A DNA stretch of 64,000 nt. Source: Gammaproteobacteria bacterium (lineage in GTDB: Bacteria > Pseudomonadota > Gammaproteobacteria > UBA1113). Of the stretch, positions 1 through 8,489 are shown piece by piece. The first letter of the stretch is position 1; every line of letters begins with the position of its first letter. The stretch lies in the NCBI GenBank assembly GCA_021773305.1, contig JAJFKH010000073.1, positions 1,120-65,119 on the forward strand, written 5' to 3'. The translations under genes and the position numbers were made by a program. Under the pieces are notes generated by a model. It searched no databases and had not been told where the DNA came from. It worked only from the letters and a program-made list of their open reading frames with translations.

Positions 1-255
1 TATATGCGACGGCAAACCAATACGATCAATTGGGGAGGGGAAATGCCCCTAGCCCAGGGAATTAAGTTTGATCTTAATTAAAAGTTATGGTAGACTCCGG
101 TTTTGTTATTTTTAATCTTAAAAAGGTAAATTCATGCCTGTTATAACGCCTCGGCGTGCTTCAACATCTGTGGATCAAATGACCTTGTACTAGTTTTATG
201 GTCGCAGAATAGATCTATCTAAATTTTACCTAAAAAAGCATGTTGGAGTGATAAA

Positions 256-1830
256 ATGATTAAGATTAAAGGGTTATCTTTTTACCGGGGTGGGCGAACC
301 ATCTTTGAAGGGGTCGATCTGACCTTACATAGTCAAAAAAAAATTGGTATTGTGGGCAAAAATGGCTGTGGTAAAACTACGCTATTTAAATTACTGTTAA
401 ATGAACTTTATCCTAGCCATGGAGAGATTGACTACTCACCCAATCTGACGTTTTCCCATTTGGAACAAGAACTGCCTAATACTAATTGCATGGCTGTGGA
501 ATACGTGGTGCAAGGTGATCAAGAATTTGCAGCCATTGAAGATCAATTGTTAGAAGCAGAAGTTGAAGAAGATAACGATAAAATTATCAAGCTTCACATG
601 AAGATTGCTGATATTGATGGCTACACTATCCGCTCTAGAGCGGCAAAGATATTATCCGGACTCGGTTTTTCCACTGAGGAACAAAATAAAGCGGTGAATC
701 ATTTTTCCGGTGGTTGGAAAATGCGCCTTAATCTTGCTCGGACATTGATGTCTCGGGCCGATTTATTATTGCTGGATGAGCCAACTAACCATTTGGATTT
801 AGACGCTATCTTGTGGCTAGAGCAGTGGCTTATTGGATATAAAAGTACGTTGTTGATAATTTCTCATGACAGGGATTTTTTAGACAAGGTGACCAATCAA
901 ATTCTACATATTCACGATGAAACCATGGCAATCTATGAAGGGAATTATTCGTCTTTTGAATCACAACGAGCTGAGCAGTTAGCCTTGCAACAGATGCAGC
1001 ATGAAAAGCAACAGAAAAAAATTACTCATATGCTGAAGTATGTAGAGCGCTTTCGTTATAAAGCGAGCAAAGCAAGGCAAGCTCAGAGTCGCTTAAAAGC
1101 CATTGAACGAATGCCTCTGATTGAAGCAGTGCAGCAAGAAACGCCTTACCACTTTGATTTTAAAGAACCCGTGAAAGTGGGTAACCCATTAGTCAATTTG
1201 GAAAAGGTCGTAGTCGGTTATAAAGATAAAATAATTTTCTCTTGGTTAAATTTACAACTACGCATGGGCCAGCGAATTGGACTCATCGGACCGAATGGTG
1301 CAGGAAAATCGACGCTGATTAAACTGATGGTTGGCGATTTATCCTTAAATAGTGGTAAACGTTTTGTCACCGACAAAAAGCATATTGGGTATTTTGCTCA
1401 GTACCAATTGGATTTGTTGGATCATGAGCAGACGGCCATGGAGCATATGCGCGATCTTGCACCCGATAAAAGTGAACGAGATCTACAGCGCTATTTAGGA
1501 ACTTTCGGCTTTTCTCGGGATTTGGCGTTGACTGCTACGGGCAAATGCTCCGGTGGGGAAAAAGCCAGGTTGATTCTGGCGATGATTATTTGGCAACGGC
1601 CTGCCATGCTATTGTTGGATGAACCGACGAACCATTTGGATATGGAAATGCGTAACGCCCTAATGTTAGCGTTACAAAATTTTACAGGCACGCTGGTGGT
1701 GGTTTCCCATGATAGGCATTTACTGCGTAGTGTGAGTGATGAGTTATGGCTGGTTGCTGATGGAGAAGTTACGCCCTTTGATGGTGATTTAACGGATTAT
1801 CGGAAGTGGCTTTTTTCTCGAAAATCGTAA
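256..1830 (+). CDS. ABC-F family ATPase (tandem ABC domains, no TM; Uup/YheS/EttA-like)
   Basis: 524-aa ORF with two Walker A motifs (GKNGCGKTT, GPNGAGKST), two ABC signatures (FSGGWKMR, CSGGEKAR), LLLDEPTNHLD twice, and a charged inter-domain linker; GGAG RBS upstream of the ATG. Confidence 0.85.
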   Translation: MIKIKGLSFYRGGRTIFEGVDLTLHSQKKIGIVGKNGCGKTTLFKLLLNELYPSHGEIDYSPNLTFSHLEQELPNTNCMAVEYVVQGDQEFAAIEDQLLEAEVEEDNDKIIKLHMKIADIDGYTIRSRAAKILSGLGFSTEEQNKAVNHFSGGWKMRLNLARTLMSRADLLLLDEPTNHLDLDAILWLEQWLIGYKSTLLIISHDRDFLDKVTNQILHIHDETMAIYEGNYSSFESQRAEQLALQQMQHEKQQKKITHMLKYVERFRYKASKARQAQSRLKAIERMPLIEAVQQETPYHFDFKEPVKVGNPLVNLEKVVVGYKDKIIFSWLNLQLRMGQRIGLIGPNGAGKSTLIKLMVGDLSLNSGKRFVTDKKHIGYFAQYQLDLLDHEQTAMEHMRDLAPDKSERDLQRYLGTFGFSRDLALTATGKCSGGEKARLILAMIIWQRPAMLLLDEPTNHLDMEMRNALMLALQNFTGTLVVVSHDRHLLRSVSDELWLVADGEVTPFDGDLTDYRKWLFSRKS

Positions 1831-1913
1831 TAGTCAAGTATAAAAAGCTTGCCATTGCTTCATAAAAAATAGTAATCTTACTCAACGGTAACATGTAACT
1901 CAAGGACGGTACC

Positions 1914-2741
1914 ATGAGAAAGTTGACTAAATTTGTCGCAGTTTCTGCTTGTTTTCTGGTTTCTCAAGTATTTGCTCAAAAAGTAACAGTGAATGTGAGT
2001 CAAGCAGCCAAGGAAAAAAGTCCCCATTCAGTGGGGACTGTCACTCTGCAAGATACCCCTCATGGTTTGTTAATCCATCCAAATCTCCAAGGATTAGCCC
2101 CAGGGATCCACGGTATGCATATTCACGAGGAAGGTTCTTGTGAAAATTATGGTATGGCCGCATTGGGACATCTTGATCCGAAAAAAACCAACCGACATCG
2201 AGGGCCTTACGATAATAGTGGCCACCTTGGGGATTTACCTGTATTGATTGTAGGTAAAGATAAAAAAGCAGCATTGCCTACTTTCGCTCCTGGTCTGACC
2301 GTGAATGATGTGTTGGGGCATGCCCTTGTGATCCATGCGAATGGCGATAACTATTTTGATAAACCTGAGTTAAATGGTGGCGGTGGTGATCGGGTTGCCT
2401 GTGGTGTGCTGCCTAAAACGGCTTCTGGTAAAGCTGTTCCTAAAAAATCCACTGAACCTGCAATGAAGCCATCAGTGCCAGCAAAACCGGCTGCTGCGAA
2501 ATCAGCGGTGGTTCCTTCCGCACCTGAACCTGCTTCAGTAAAACCTGCTCCAGCGGCAAGTCCAGCTCCCGCTGCGGCCCCAATGCCAAGTGCTCCAGGG
2601 TCAAACAGCTCAAGCAACCAGGCGAATACACGCACGGTTGTGTCAGCGCCATCTTCTCGAAGTAGTGGTAGTCGGGGCAGCAAGGATAACGAAAGTTTGA
2701 TGCATGATGTAGTGTTACATTTACCGAAGATGGCGAGTTAG
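1914..2741 (+). CDS. sodC: periplasmic Cu/Zn superoxide dismutase with a ~100-aa C-terminal Pro/Ala/Ser-rich extension
   Basis: Signal peptide; HGMHIHEEGSC, GHLDPKKTNRHRGPY, GHLGDLP, HANGDNY and GGGGDRVACGV motifs match SodC; tail is PAKPAAAKSAVVPSAPEPASVKPAPAASPAPAAAP... Confidence 0.85.
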   Translation: MRKLTKFVAVSACFLVSQVFAQKVTVNVSQAAKEKSPHSVGTVTLQDTPHGLLIHPNLQGLAPGIHGMHIHEEGSCENYGMAALGHLDPKKTNRHRGPYDNSGHLGDLPVLIVGKDKKAALPTFAPGLTVNDVLGHALVIHANGDNYFDKPELNGGGGDRVACGVLPKTASGKAVPKKSTEPAMKPSVPAKPAAAKSAVVPSAPEPASVKPAPAASPAPAAAPMPSAPGSNSSSNQANTRTVVSAPSSRSSGSRGSKDNESLMHDVVLHLPKMAS

Positions 2742-2774
2742 GTTTGCATTCATCTTTGAGTGATTAAGTACTGA

Positions 2775-2935
2775 GGGTTCGGCACGAAATTCCCGGCTCC
2801 TATAAGCTTTCTTGGATGCCGCGAACAAGCGGCGGCACGTCCGCAGCATCCAAGAATAAACAGTGATATTCGTGACGAACTCTCAGGACTCGTTGCTGAG
2901 AGTTCGACACGAATATTAGAAAACCGAAAAATTAT
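2775..2935. repeat. palindromic dispersed repeat (MITE/REP-like), copy 1, immediately 3' of sodC
   Basis: ~75% identical over ~130 nt to 61020..61160 (shared core cacgaaNttcccNg...taagctttcNtggatNccgNaaacaag...ggcacgt...gcagc...atattcgtg...aactct). Contains nested inverted repeats (ggatgc..gcatcc; gatattcgtgacgaactctcag/ctgagagttcgacacgaatatt). Confidence 0.55.
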
Positions 2936-3051
2936 TTGCTTTGGGTGTATGTTAATCGAAGATGCATACATACTGATCATAAGGCTCTTACCACCGGCTC
3001 AAAAATCTGATAGAATCTGACTATTGCTTGTGCAGTTTAAGGGTTTAGACC

Positions 3052-4815
3052 ATGCAGCTCCCCAATCGACTCTTTCCATTTGTGTGTTACTTTTTGAAAT
3101 CAAATAAGTTTTATTTAAGTCTTATTTTTTTCACTGGCGTTGTATGGGCAACTGAATTATCAGTAACCCCATATCTTTTTAAATTATTAGTTGATGGGGC
3201 TAATCAGCAAGGAGATACCCCAGAGCGACTATTGGCTGTTATTTTAATTCCAGCGATCCTCTATGTTTCAATGTCAGTTATATTAAACCTTAGTTTTAGA
3301 TTGTATGATTATATTTGTATCAAAATGTTTATTCGTTTGTACACGGATATTACCTTAACTGTTTTTGATTACACAGCGGGTCATTCCTACCGTTTTTTTC
3401 AAGAAAATTTTGCAGGCTCGATTGCCAATAAGATCTTGTATTTACCGAGAGATATTGAATCCTTATTAAGAGCTGTCACAGATAATTTTGTTCCTAAAAT
3501 ATTGGCGGTATTAATTGCCGCGAGCATGCTCATGCTCGTACAGCCTTTATTTTCAATTATTTTATTGATTTGGGTATTTTTGTTCGTCAGCGGCACTTGT
3601 TTATTAGCTGTAAAATCCACAAAAAATGCCCTTGTTTTTTCAAAATCAATCAATGCATTGGATGGTAAGTTAATTGATAGTGTTTCTAATATCATTACTG
3701 GGAAAATATTTGCAAATTTAGATTTTGAAAGCCAGCGTATGGCAGATATCCATGTTGATGTGAATAACAAATACAAAATCATGCAGATGTTTAATATGAA
3801 ATTACATGCTTTGCAGGGTGTCGGTGTGACTATTTTAGTGGCGGTCATGCTTGCTGCTTTAATATATGGGCGTATGCATGAGTGGGTTACGGTGGGTGAC
3901 TTTGTATTTGTCTTGAGTCTGTCAGCTTCGATTATTATGAATGTATGGAACTTAGGGCAAGAGTTAATTAATTTCACCCGTGATTCAGGTAAATGCCAGG
4001 ATGCATTAAGCTTGATTAATGTACCCCATGAAATTAAAGAAATATCTCATGCCAGTGACTTGTCTGTAACCCAGGGTGAAATACAGTTTAACAATGTTAA
4101 TTTTTCTTACCAGACAGACAAGCCTGTTTTTCGTCAGCTCTGTGTTTCCATTCCTGCGGGACAAAAAGTGGGACTAGTGGGGTATTCTGGTGGTGGAAAA
4201 TCAACTTTTGTTAAATTAATTTTGCGTTTATTTGATATTCAATCGGGCGAAATTAGTGTTGATCAACAAAATATTCAAGAGGTGAGCATCAATAGTTTGC
4301 GCAAAAATATTGCGTATATTCCACAGGAGCCAGAACTATTTCATCGCACGATTATAGAAAATATTCGTTATGGCCGACTTGATGCAAGTGATGATGATGT
4401 CATTGCTGCATCTAAAAAGGCTCATTGCCACGAGTTTATCAAAGAACTTTCAGAAGGATATGACGCTTTGGTAGGTGAGCGGGGTGTTAAATTATCCGGT
4501 GGTCAGCGCCAGCGTATTGCCATTGCCCGAGCAATCTTAAAGCAATCCCCCATTTTAATTTTAGACGAAGCAACTTCTGCATTAGACTCAGTGACAGAAA
4601 AATATATTCAAGATAGTCTGCATGAAATGATGGGTAATAAGACCACCATTGTGATTGCACATCGGTTATGTACGTTACTAGAGATGGATCGTATTTTACT
4701 CTTTAAAGAGGGCAACATCGTTGAAGACGGCAGCTTGCAAGAGCTAAAGCAGCAGGGAGGCTACTTCAGCCAGTTGTGGGAGATGCAAGGGGGCGGTTAT
4801 TTGCCAGAGCTTTAG
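3052..4815 (+). CDS. ABC exporter, fused permease plus ATPase (MsbA/multidrug-exporter family)
   Basis: 587 aa; hydrophobic N-terminal half with ~6 TM segments; C-terminal NBD with GYSGGGKST Walker A, LSGGQRQRIAIARA signature, ILILDEATSALD Walker B. Confidence 0.8.
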   Translation: MQLPNRLFPFVCYFLKSNKFYLSLIFFTGVVWATELSVTPYLFKLLVDGANQQGDTPERLLAVILIPAILYVSMSVILNLSFRLYDYICIKMFIRLYTDITLTVFDYTAGHSYRFFQENFAGSIANKILYLPRDIESLLRAVTDNFVPKILAVLIAASMLMLVQPLFSIILLIWVFLFVSGTCLLAVKSTKNALVFSKSINALDGKLIDSVSNIITGKIFANLDFESQRMADIHVDVNNKYKIMQMFNMKLHALQGVGVTILVAVMLAALIYGRMHEWVTVGDFVFVLSLSASIIMNVWNLGQELINFTRDSGKCQDALSLINVPHEIKEISHASDLSVTQGEIQFNNVNFSYQTDKPVFRQLCVSIPAGQKVGLVGYSGGGKSTFVKLILRLFDIQSGEISVDQQNIQEVSINSLRKNIAYIPQEPELFHRTIIENIRYGRLDASDDDVIAASKKAHCHEFIKELSEGYDALVGERGVKLSGGQRQRIAIARAILKQSPILILDEATSALDSVTEKYIQDSLHEMMGNKTTIVIAHRLCTLLEMDRILLFKEGNIVEDGSLQELKQQGGYFSQLWEMQGGGYLPEL

Positions 4816-4816
4816 C

Positions 4817-5086
4817 TCTATTGAACCCGAATTACCTGACAAAATTTTAAAATCAATCCGAACTCATTGGCAAATAGAAAATAATTTACATTGGGTTTTA
4901 GATGTCGCTTACCGAGAAGACCCATCAAAAATTCGTGATGAAAATGCCGTTATGAACATGGCTTGGTTAAGAAAAATGGCCTTGGGTTTGTTAAAACGCG
5001 CCCAGAACATTAAGGGTAGCATACGGCGCAAGCAGCTCGCTATTTGGGCTAAACCACAATATCTTATTGATATTGTGCAAATTTAG
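4817..5086 (+). mobile_element. ISAs1-family transposase 3' fragment (remnant)
   Basis: Translated frame gives ...IRTHWQIENNLHWVLDVAYREDPSKIRDENAVMNMAWLRKMALGLLKRAQ..., the conserved ISAs1/H-repeat transposase C-terminal motif (HWxIENxLHWxLDVxFxED). No N-terminal part; the frame opens right at the ABC exporter stop codon. Confidence 0.7.
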
Positions 5087-5182
5087 ATGCGTTTACCCTG
5101 TGCGGCGGCCCCGGGGCAATGGTTCAGATCGTTGATATTTCTGGAAAATAAGATTGTCAATAGCTTTACAACTGTCCTTAAC

Positions 5183-6244
5183 TTAATAGAGTTGCTGCAT
5201 TTTTTCCTTGACCAGCGTTAAGGTTTCATTGGCAACTGCGTTGGCTCGCTCAGCTCCTGTACGCTGTACGTCTTGGACGTAATCCAAGTTATTTTCCAAT
5301 TCACGGCGCTTGGATGAAAAGGGTTCAATTAACTCTACTAGTACCTCGATAAGCTTTTTCTTGCATTCAACATCTCCTATGGCACCGTTTCGATAGCGAT
5401 CTTGAGCCTCTTCTATCCATTTTTTATCGCTATTGAATGTTTCATGGAATATCCAGAGAGGATTATTTTCAACGGTGCCTTTGTCTGTGGGTTTTAAGCG
5501 GTTGGGATCGGTGTACATACCCATCACTTTCTTTTTGATAACATCAGCCGAATCACTTAATAAAATAGCATTATTCAGGGATTTGCTCATTTTTAACAAT
5601 TGTCCCTGCTGATTTGGAGGGCCAGTACCAATTAGCCGATTGACTCGGCCTGCTTTAGTGCTGATGACAGGCAGTAAGCCACCTAAGTCTAAAGCGTCTT
5701 TATCTTCTGCATGGGGATCCACACCGCAATAGAGTTGGTTGAATTTTCGCGCAACTTCTCGGGTCATTTCTAAATGAGGAATTTGATCGTCACCCACAGG
5801 CACGATATCTGGGCGAAAGGCTAAAATATCAGCAACTTGGCCAATAGGGTAGAGTAAAAAACCGAAGGAATAATTATCACCCAAGCCTTTGTCTCGAATT
5901 TCGTCTTTAATCGTGGGATTACGCATGAGCCGAGGGTAAGGGATCAGCATACTGAAGAAAAAGGTGAGTTCTGCAATGGCAGGAATGTCTGACTGAACAA
6001 AAATAGTGCTTTTATCCGGGTCAATGCCAACGCTTAAGTAGTCTAAGGTAATATCCATAACGCTTTGGCGAATAGCACTTGGCTGATCCGCGCGAGTCGT
6101 AAATGCATGCATATTCGCGATGATAAAAAAACAATCATAGTCATCTTGCATGGCAACGCGATTTTCCACAGAGCCGACCCAATGGCCTAGATGTAATTTC
6201 CCTGTGGGGGTATCTCCTGTCAATAATCGTGGTTTATTTGCCAT
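5183..6244 (-). CDS. trpS: tryptophanyl-tRNA synthetase
   Basis: 353 aa; class I aaRS HIGH-type motif (TGKLHLGHWVG) and KMSKS motif; overall TrpS-like length and order. Confidence 0.9.
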   Translation of the reverse strand: MANKPRLLTGDTPTGKLHLGHWVGSVENRVAMQDDYDCFFIIANMHAFTTRADQPSAIRQSVMDITLDYLSVGIDPDKSTIFVQSDIPAIAELTFFFSMLIPYPRLMRNPTIKDEIRDKGLGDNYSFGFLLYPIGQVADILAFRPDIVPVGDDQIPHLEMTREVARKFNQLYCGVDPHAEDKDALDLGGLLPVISTKAGRVNRLIGTGPPNQQGQLLKMSKSLNNAILLSDSADVIKKKVMGMYTDPNRLKPTDKGTVENNPLWIFHETFNSDKKWIEEAQDRYRNGAIGDVECKKKLIEVLVELIEPFSSKRRELENNLDYVQDVQRTGAERANAVANETLTLVKEKMQQLY

Positions 6245-6311
6245 AATAGTTCCCTAATATTAGGGGGACAGTATGGCATAATTTTTTTGCATTCGCTACG
6301 GGTATAGATGA

Positions 6312-6392
6312 TTGCTGAGTCAAAAAAGTTTCAAAATTACCGAGGAAGATCAGCGCTGGTTTAATTCAGAATCATTAGGTAAGAAAATTTAA
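6312..6392 (+). pseudogene. C-terminal remnant of a PemI/MazE-type antitoxin
   Basis: Short frame ...KITEEDQRWFNSESLGKKI* ends in TAATG overlapping the downstream toxin ATG (classic TA coupling); no N-terminal DNA-binding domain remains. Confidence 0.35.
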
Positions 6393-6726
6393 TGAAAAAA
6401 AATTTATACCTGAGCAGGGAGACATTGTTTGGCTTAATTTTGATCTAAGTTCGAGAAAAGAAATTATTAAACGAAGGCCCGCTTTTGTTATTTCAAGAAA
6501 AATATTTAATGGTCATACAGATCTCGCAGTTGTTGCACCTACTATCTCTACTGTAAGGAATAACAAGCTAGAAGTTCTTCTCCCAGCATCAATGAAAACA
6601 ACAGGCTCTGTTCTGGTTTATCAATTACGGACGCTTGATTATCTATAACGAGAAGCAGAATTAATCGAGAAATCTCATCATGATATTATTGAGCAAGTTA
6701 AAGAACTTGCTATTCTAATTATGTAA
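6392..6726 (+). pseudogene. PemK/MazF-family toxin (mRNA interferase) pseudogene: -1 frameshift in an A8 tract plus internal TAA
   Basis: ATG followed by A8 (6395..6402). With 9 As the reading is MKKKFIPEQGDIVWLNFDLSSRKEIIKRRPAFVISRKIFNGHTDLAVVAPTISTVRNNKLEVLLPASMKTTGSVLVYQLRTLDYL, typical PemK/MazF; as found the ATG frame stops after 17 codons. In-frame TAA at 6656..6658 followed by MazF-like C-terminus REAELIEKSHHDIIEQVKELAILIM. Confidence 0.7.
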
Positions 6727-6918
6727 TAATCGGGGGGGGCTTGATATACCCATAGCAGATGATTTCTCGGTTTTTAGCATCCCAAATTTAAACGTAATCT
6801 AGCTGCTAAAAACGGTAATCCCATCTGTGGCAAGTACAAATATGACCACACTGCAATATACATTTGAAAATATAATAATTATGCCTGTACTTATATTTCT
6901 GATAAAAAAGGAACGGTT

Positions 6919-7905
6919 ATGGACAACAGCAAGAAGAAGGATTTTGTCAAAACACCCCACGATTATTTTATGCGTTCACTCATGGAGCGAAAAAAGTTCG
7001 CAATAGGCTTTATAGAATCTTACTTACCCTCTTGGATCACCGCCGATCTGGAGCTTGAGGGACTGGAAAATTGTCAAACTCATTTTATTAAAGACAGCTT
7101 TGATGAAGTGGTGTGTGATGTTCTATGTAAAATTCCGATGAAGGCAGGAGGGGATGTTTTTATGTATGTATTAGTTGAGCATCAATCTACCGAAAATAAA
7201 AAAATGCCGCTTCGTATGTGGGAATATATGATGCAAGTAATGACTCGGTATTATGATTCAAAAAGTAATAAATGCCCATTGGTTCTCCCGGTTGTACTGT
7301 ATCATGGAAGAGGAATATACTCAGAAACTAAGGAGCTAACAGAGCTGATTGATGGGCCAAGAGAAATGATTGAATACGGTTTGGGGAAACTCGCACCTTT
7401 TCAATTGATTGATACGAACTTAATTGATGATGAGGTATTGCGAGAAGCAACTCGGACAAATTTAATGTTATACACATTAAAACATATTTATGCTAAAGAT
7501 TTTCTACTTAAGATAGAAAATATCATGGGATTGTTGAGGGATATTTCAGTTTCCATGGAGAAAGATGAGAGTGTCAAAGTGCTTGAATCTTTGCTAAACT
7601 ATTTTGCTAACGCGCGTAGAATTCAGGATCCAAAAGAGTTTGTTGCAGTTATGAAAAAGAGTGTCAAAAATGAGGAGCAGGAAAGGATGATGATGACAGT
7701 GGCTGAGCATTGGTTTCAAGATGGCGTGAAAAAAGGTATAGAGCAAGGGGCGCAGCAAGGTATGCAGCAGGGGCAACAGCAAGGACAAAAAAAAGCTGAG
7801 CGCAGAATTGCGCTAAATCTTCTAAGAGATGGACTACCTCCAAGCAAAGTGTCAGAAATGACAGGATATCCCATAGGTGAAATTTTAGAAATGAGCGAGG
7901 ATTAA
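6919..7905 (+). CDS. Rpn-family recombination-promoting nuclease / putative transposase (YhgA-like, PD-(D/E)XK)
   Basis: 328 aa; N-terminal PHDYFMRSL...FIESYLP matches the YhgA/Rpn signature (PHDxxFKxxL...FLxxxLP); Gln-rich C-terminal tail (QGAQQGMQQGQQQGQKK). Confidence 0.75.
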   Translation: MDNSKKKDFVKTPHDYFMRSLMERKKFAIGFIESYLPSWITADLELEGLENCQTHFIKDSFDEVVCDVLCKIPMKAGGDVFMYVLVEHQSTENKKMPLRMWEYMMQVMTRYYDSKSNKCPLVLPVVLYHGRGIYSETKELTELIDGPREMIEYGLGKLAPFQLIDTNLIDDEVLREATRTNLMLYTLKHIYAKDFLLKIENIMGLLRDISVSMEKDESVKVLESLLNYFANARRIQDPKEFVAVMKKSVKNEEQERMMMTVAEHWFQDGVKKGIEQGAQQGMQQGQQQGQKKAERRIALNLLRDGLPPSKVSEMTGYPIGEILEMSED

Positions 7906-7997
7906 CAAATATACGCTTGTCGCTTGTAATTTGTGCAGCTCCCCTGTAGGATTGTTCTATAATTACGCAGAACATCACGACTCAGAGGCTAAAAGAG

Positions 7998-8489
7998 ATG
8001 CTTCAACCCAAATACATTGCTTTTACGATGATAAGTGCCTCTGGGCTATTGAGCCTATTGGTAGCTTATTCGATCGCTATGTTATTTTTTCAAGATCAGT
8101 CTGACGGGATGGGTATAGAGCCTGAACTGAGCCGAACGGTGTTAGTGGTTCAAAATTGGCAACAAGATATTCCCCATTGGCAATTATTTGGTATCGCTCC
8201 AGTGAAAGAAGGTAGCGATGTGCCGGAAAGTCGTTCGAGATTAGATCTTCAAGGGATTTTTTATGGGCGTGATTCACAAAAATCTCACGTGATTATTGCA
8301 ATGGAGCATGGCCCAGGGAAAGTCTATCGTTTGGGTGATCACATTGATAATGGCATGACTATCCATGAAATTTTGCCCAATCAAGTGACCCTGGCAAGAG
8401 ATGGAATGTTAGAGAAATTACTGTTACCTCAGCGCACACTTGATATTGGTAAAGCTCCTACTTCGTTGCAATTGAAAGCTTTATCATGA
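7998..8489 (+). CDS. hypothetical membrane-anchored periplasmic protein (single N-terminal TM)
   Basis: 163 aa, N-terminal hydrophobic helix, no recognisable motif; stop overlaps msrBA start (ATGA at 8486), suggesting translational coupling. Confidence 0.4.
   Translation: MLQPKYIAFTMISASGLLSLLVAYSIAMLFFQDQSDGMGIEPELSRTVLVVQNWQQDIPHWQLFGIAPVKEGSDVPESRSRLDLQGIFYGRDSQKSHVIIAMEHGPGKVYRLGDHIDNGMTIHEILPNQVTLARDGMLEKLLLPQRTLDIGKAPTSLQLKALS

Noticed and set aside
2351-2683. Minus-strand ORFs (110 aa and 70 aa) overlapping the sodC tail
   Set aside because: They lie antisense to the GC-rich Pro/Ala codon repeats of the sodC extension. They have low-complexity mirror composition and no RBS, so they are frame artefacts.
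3399-3977. 192-aa minus-strand ORF inside the ABC exporter gene
   Set aside because: It is fully embedded antisense to a well-supported TM-domain coding region. It has AT-rich codon mirror composition and no start context.
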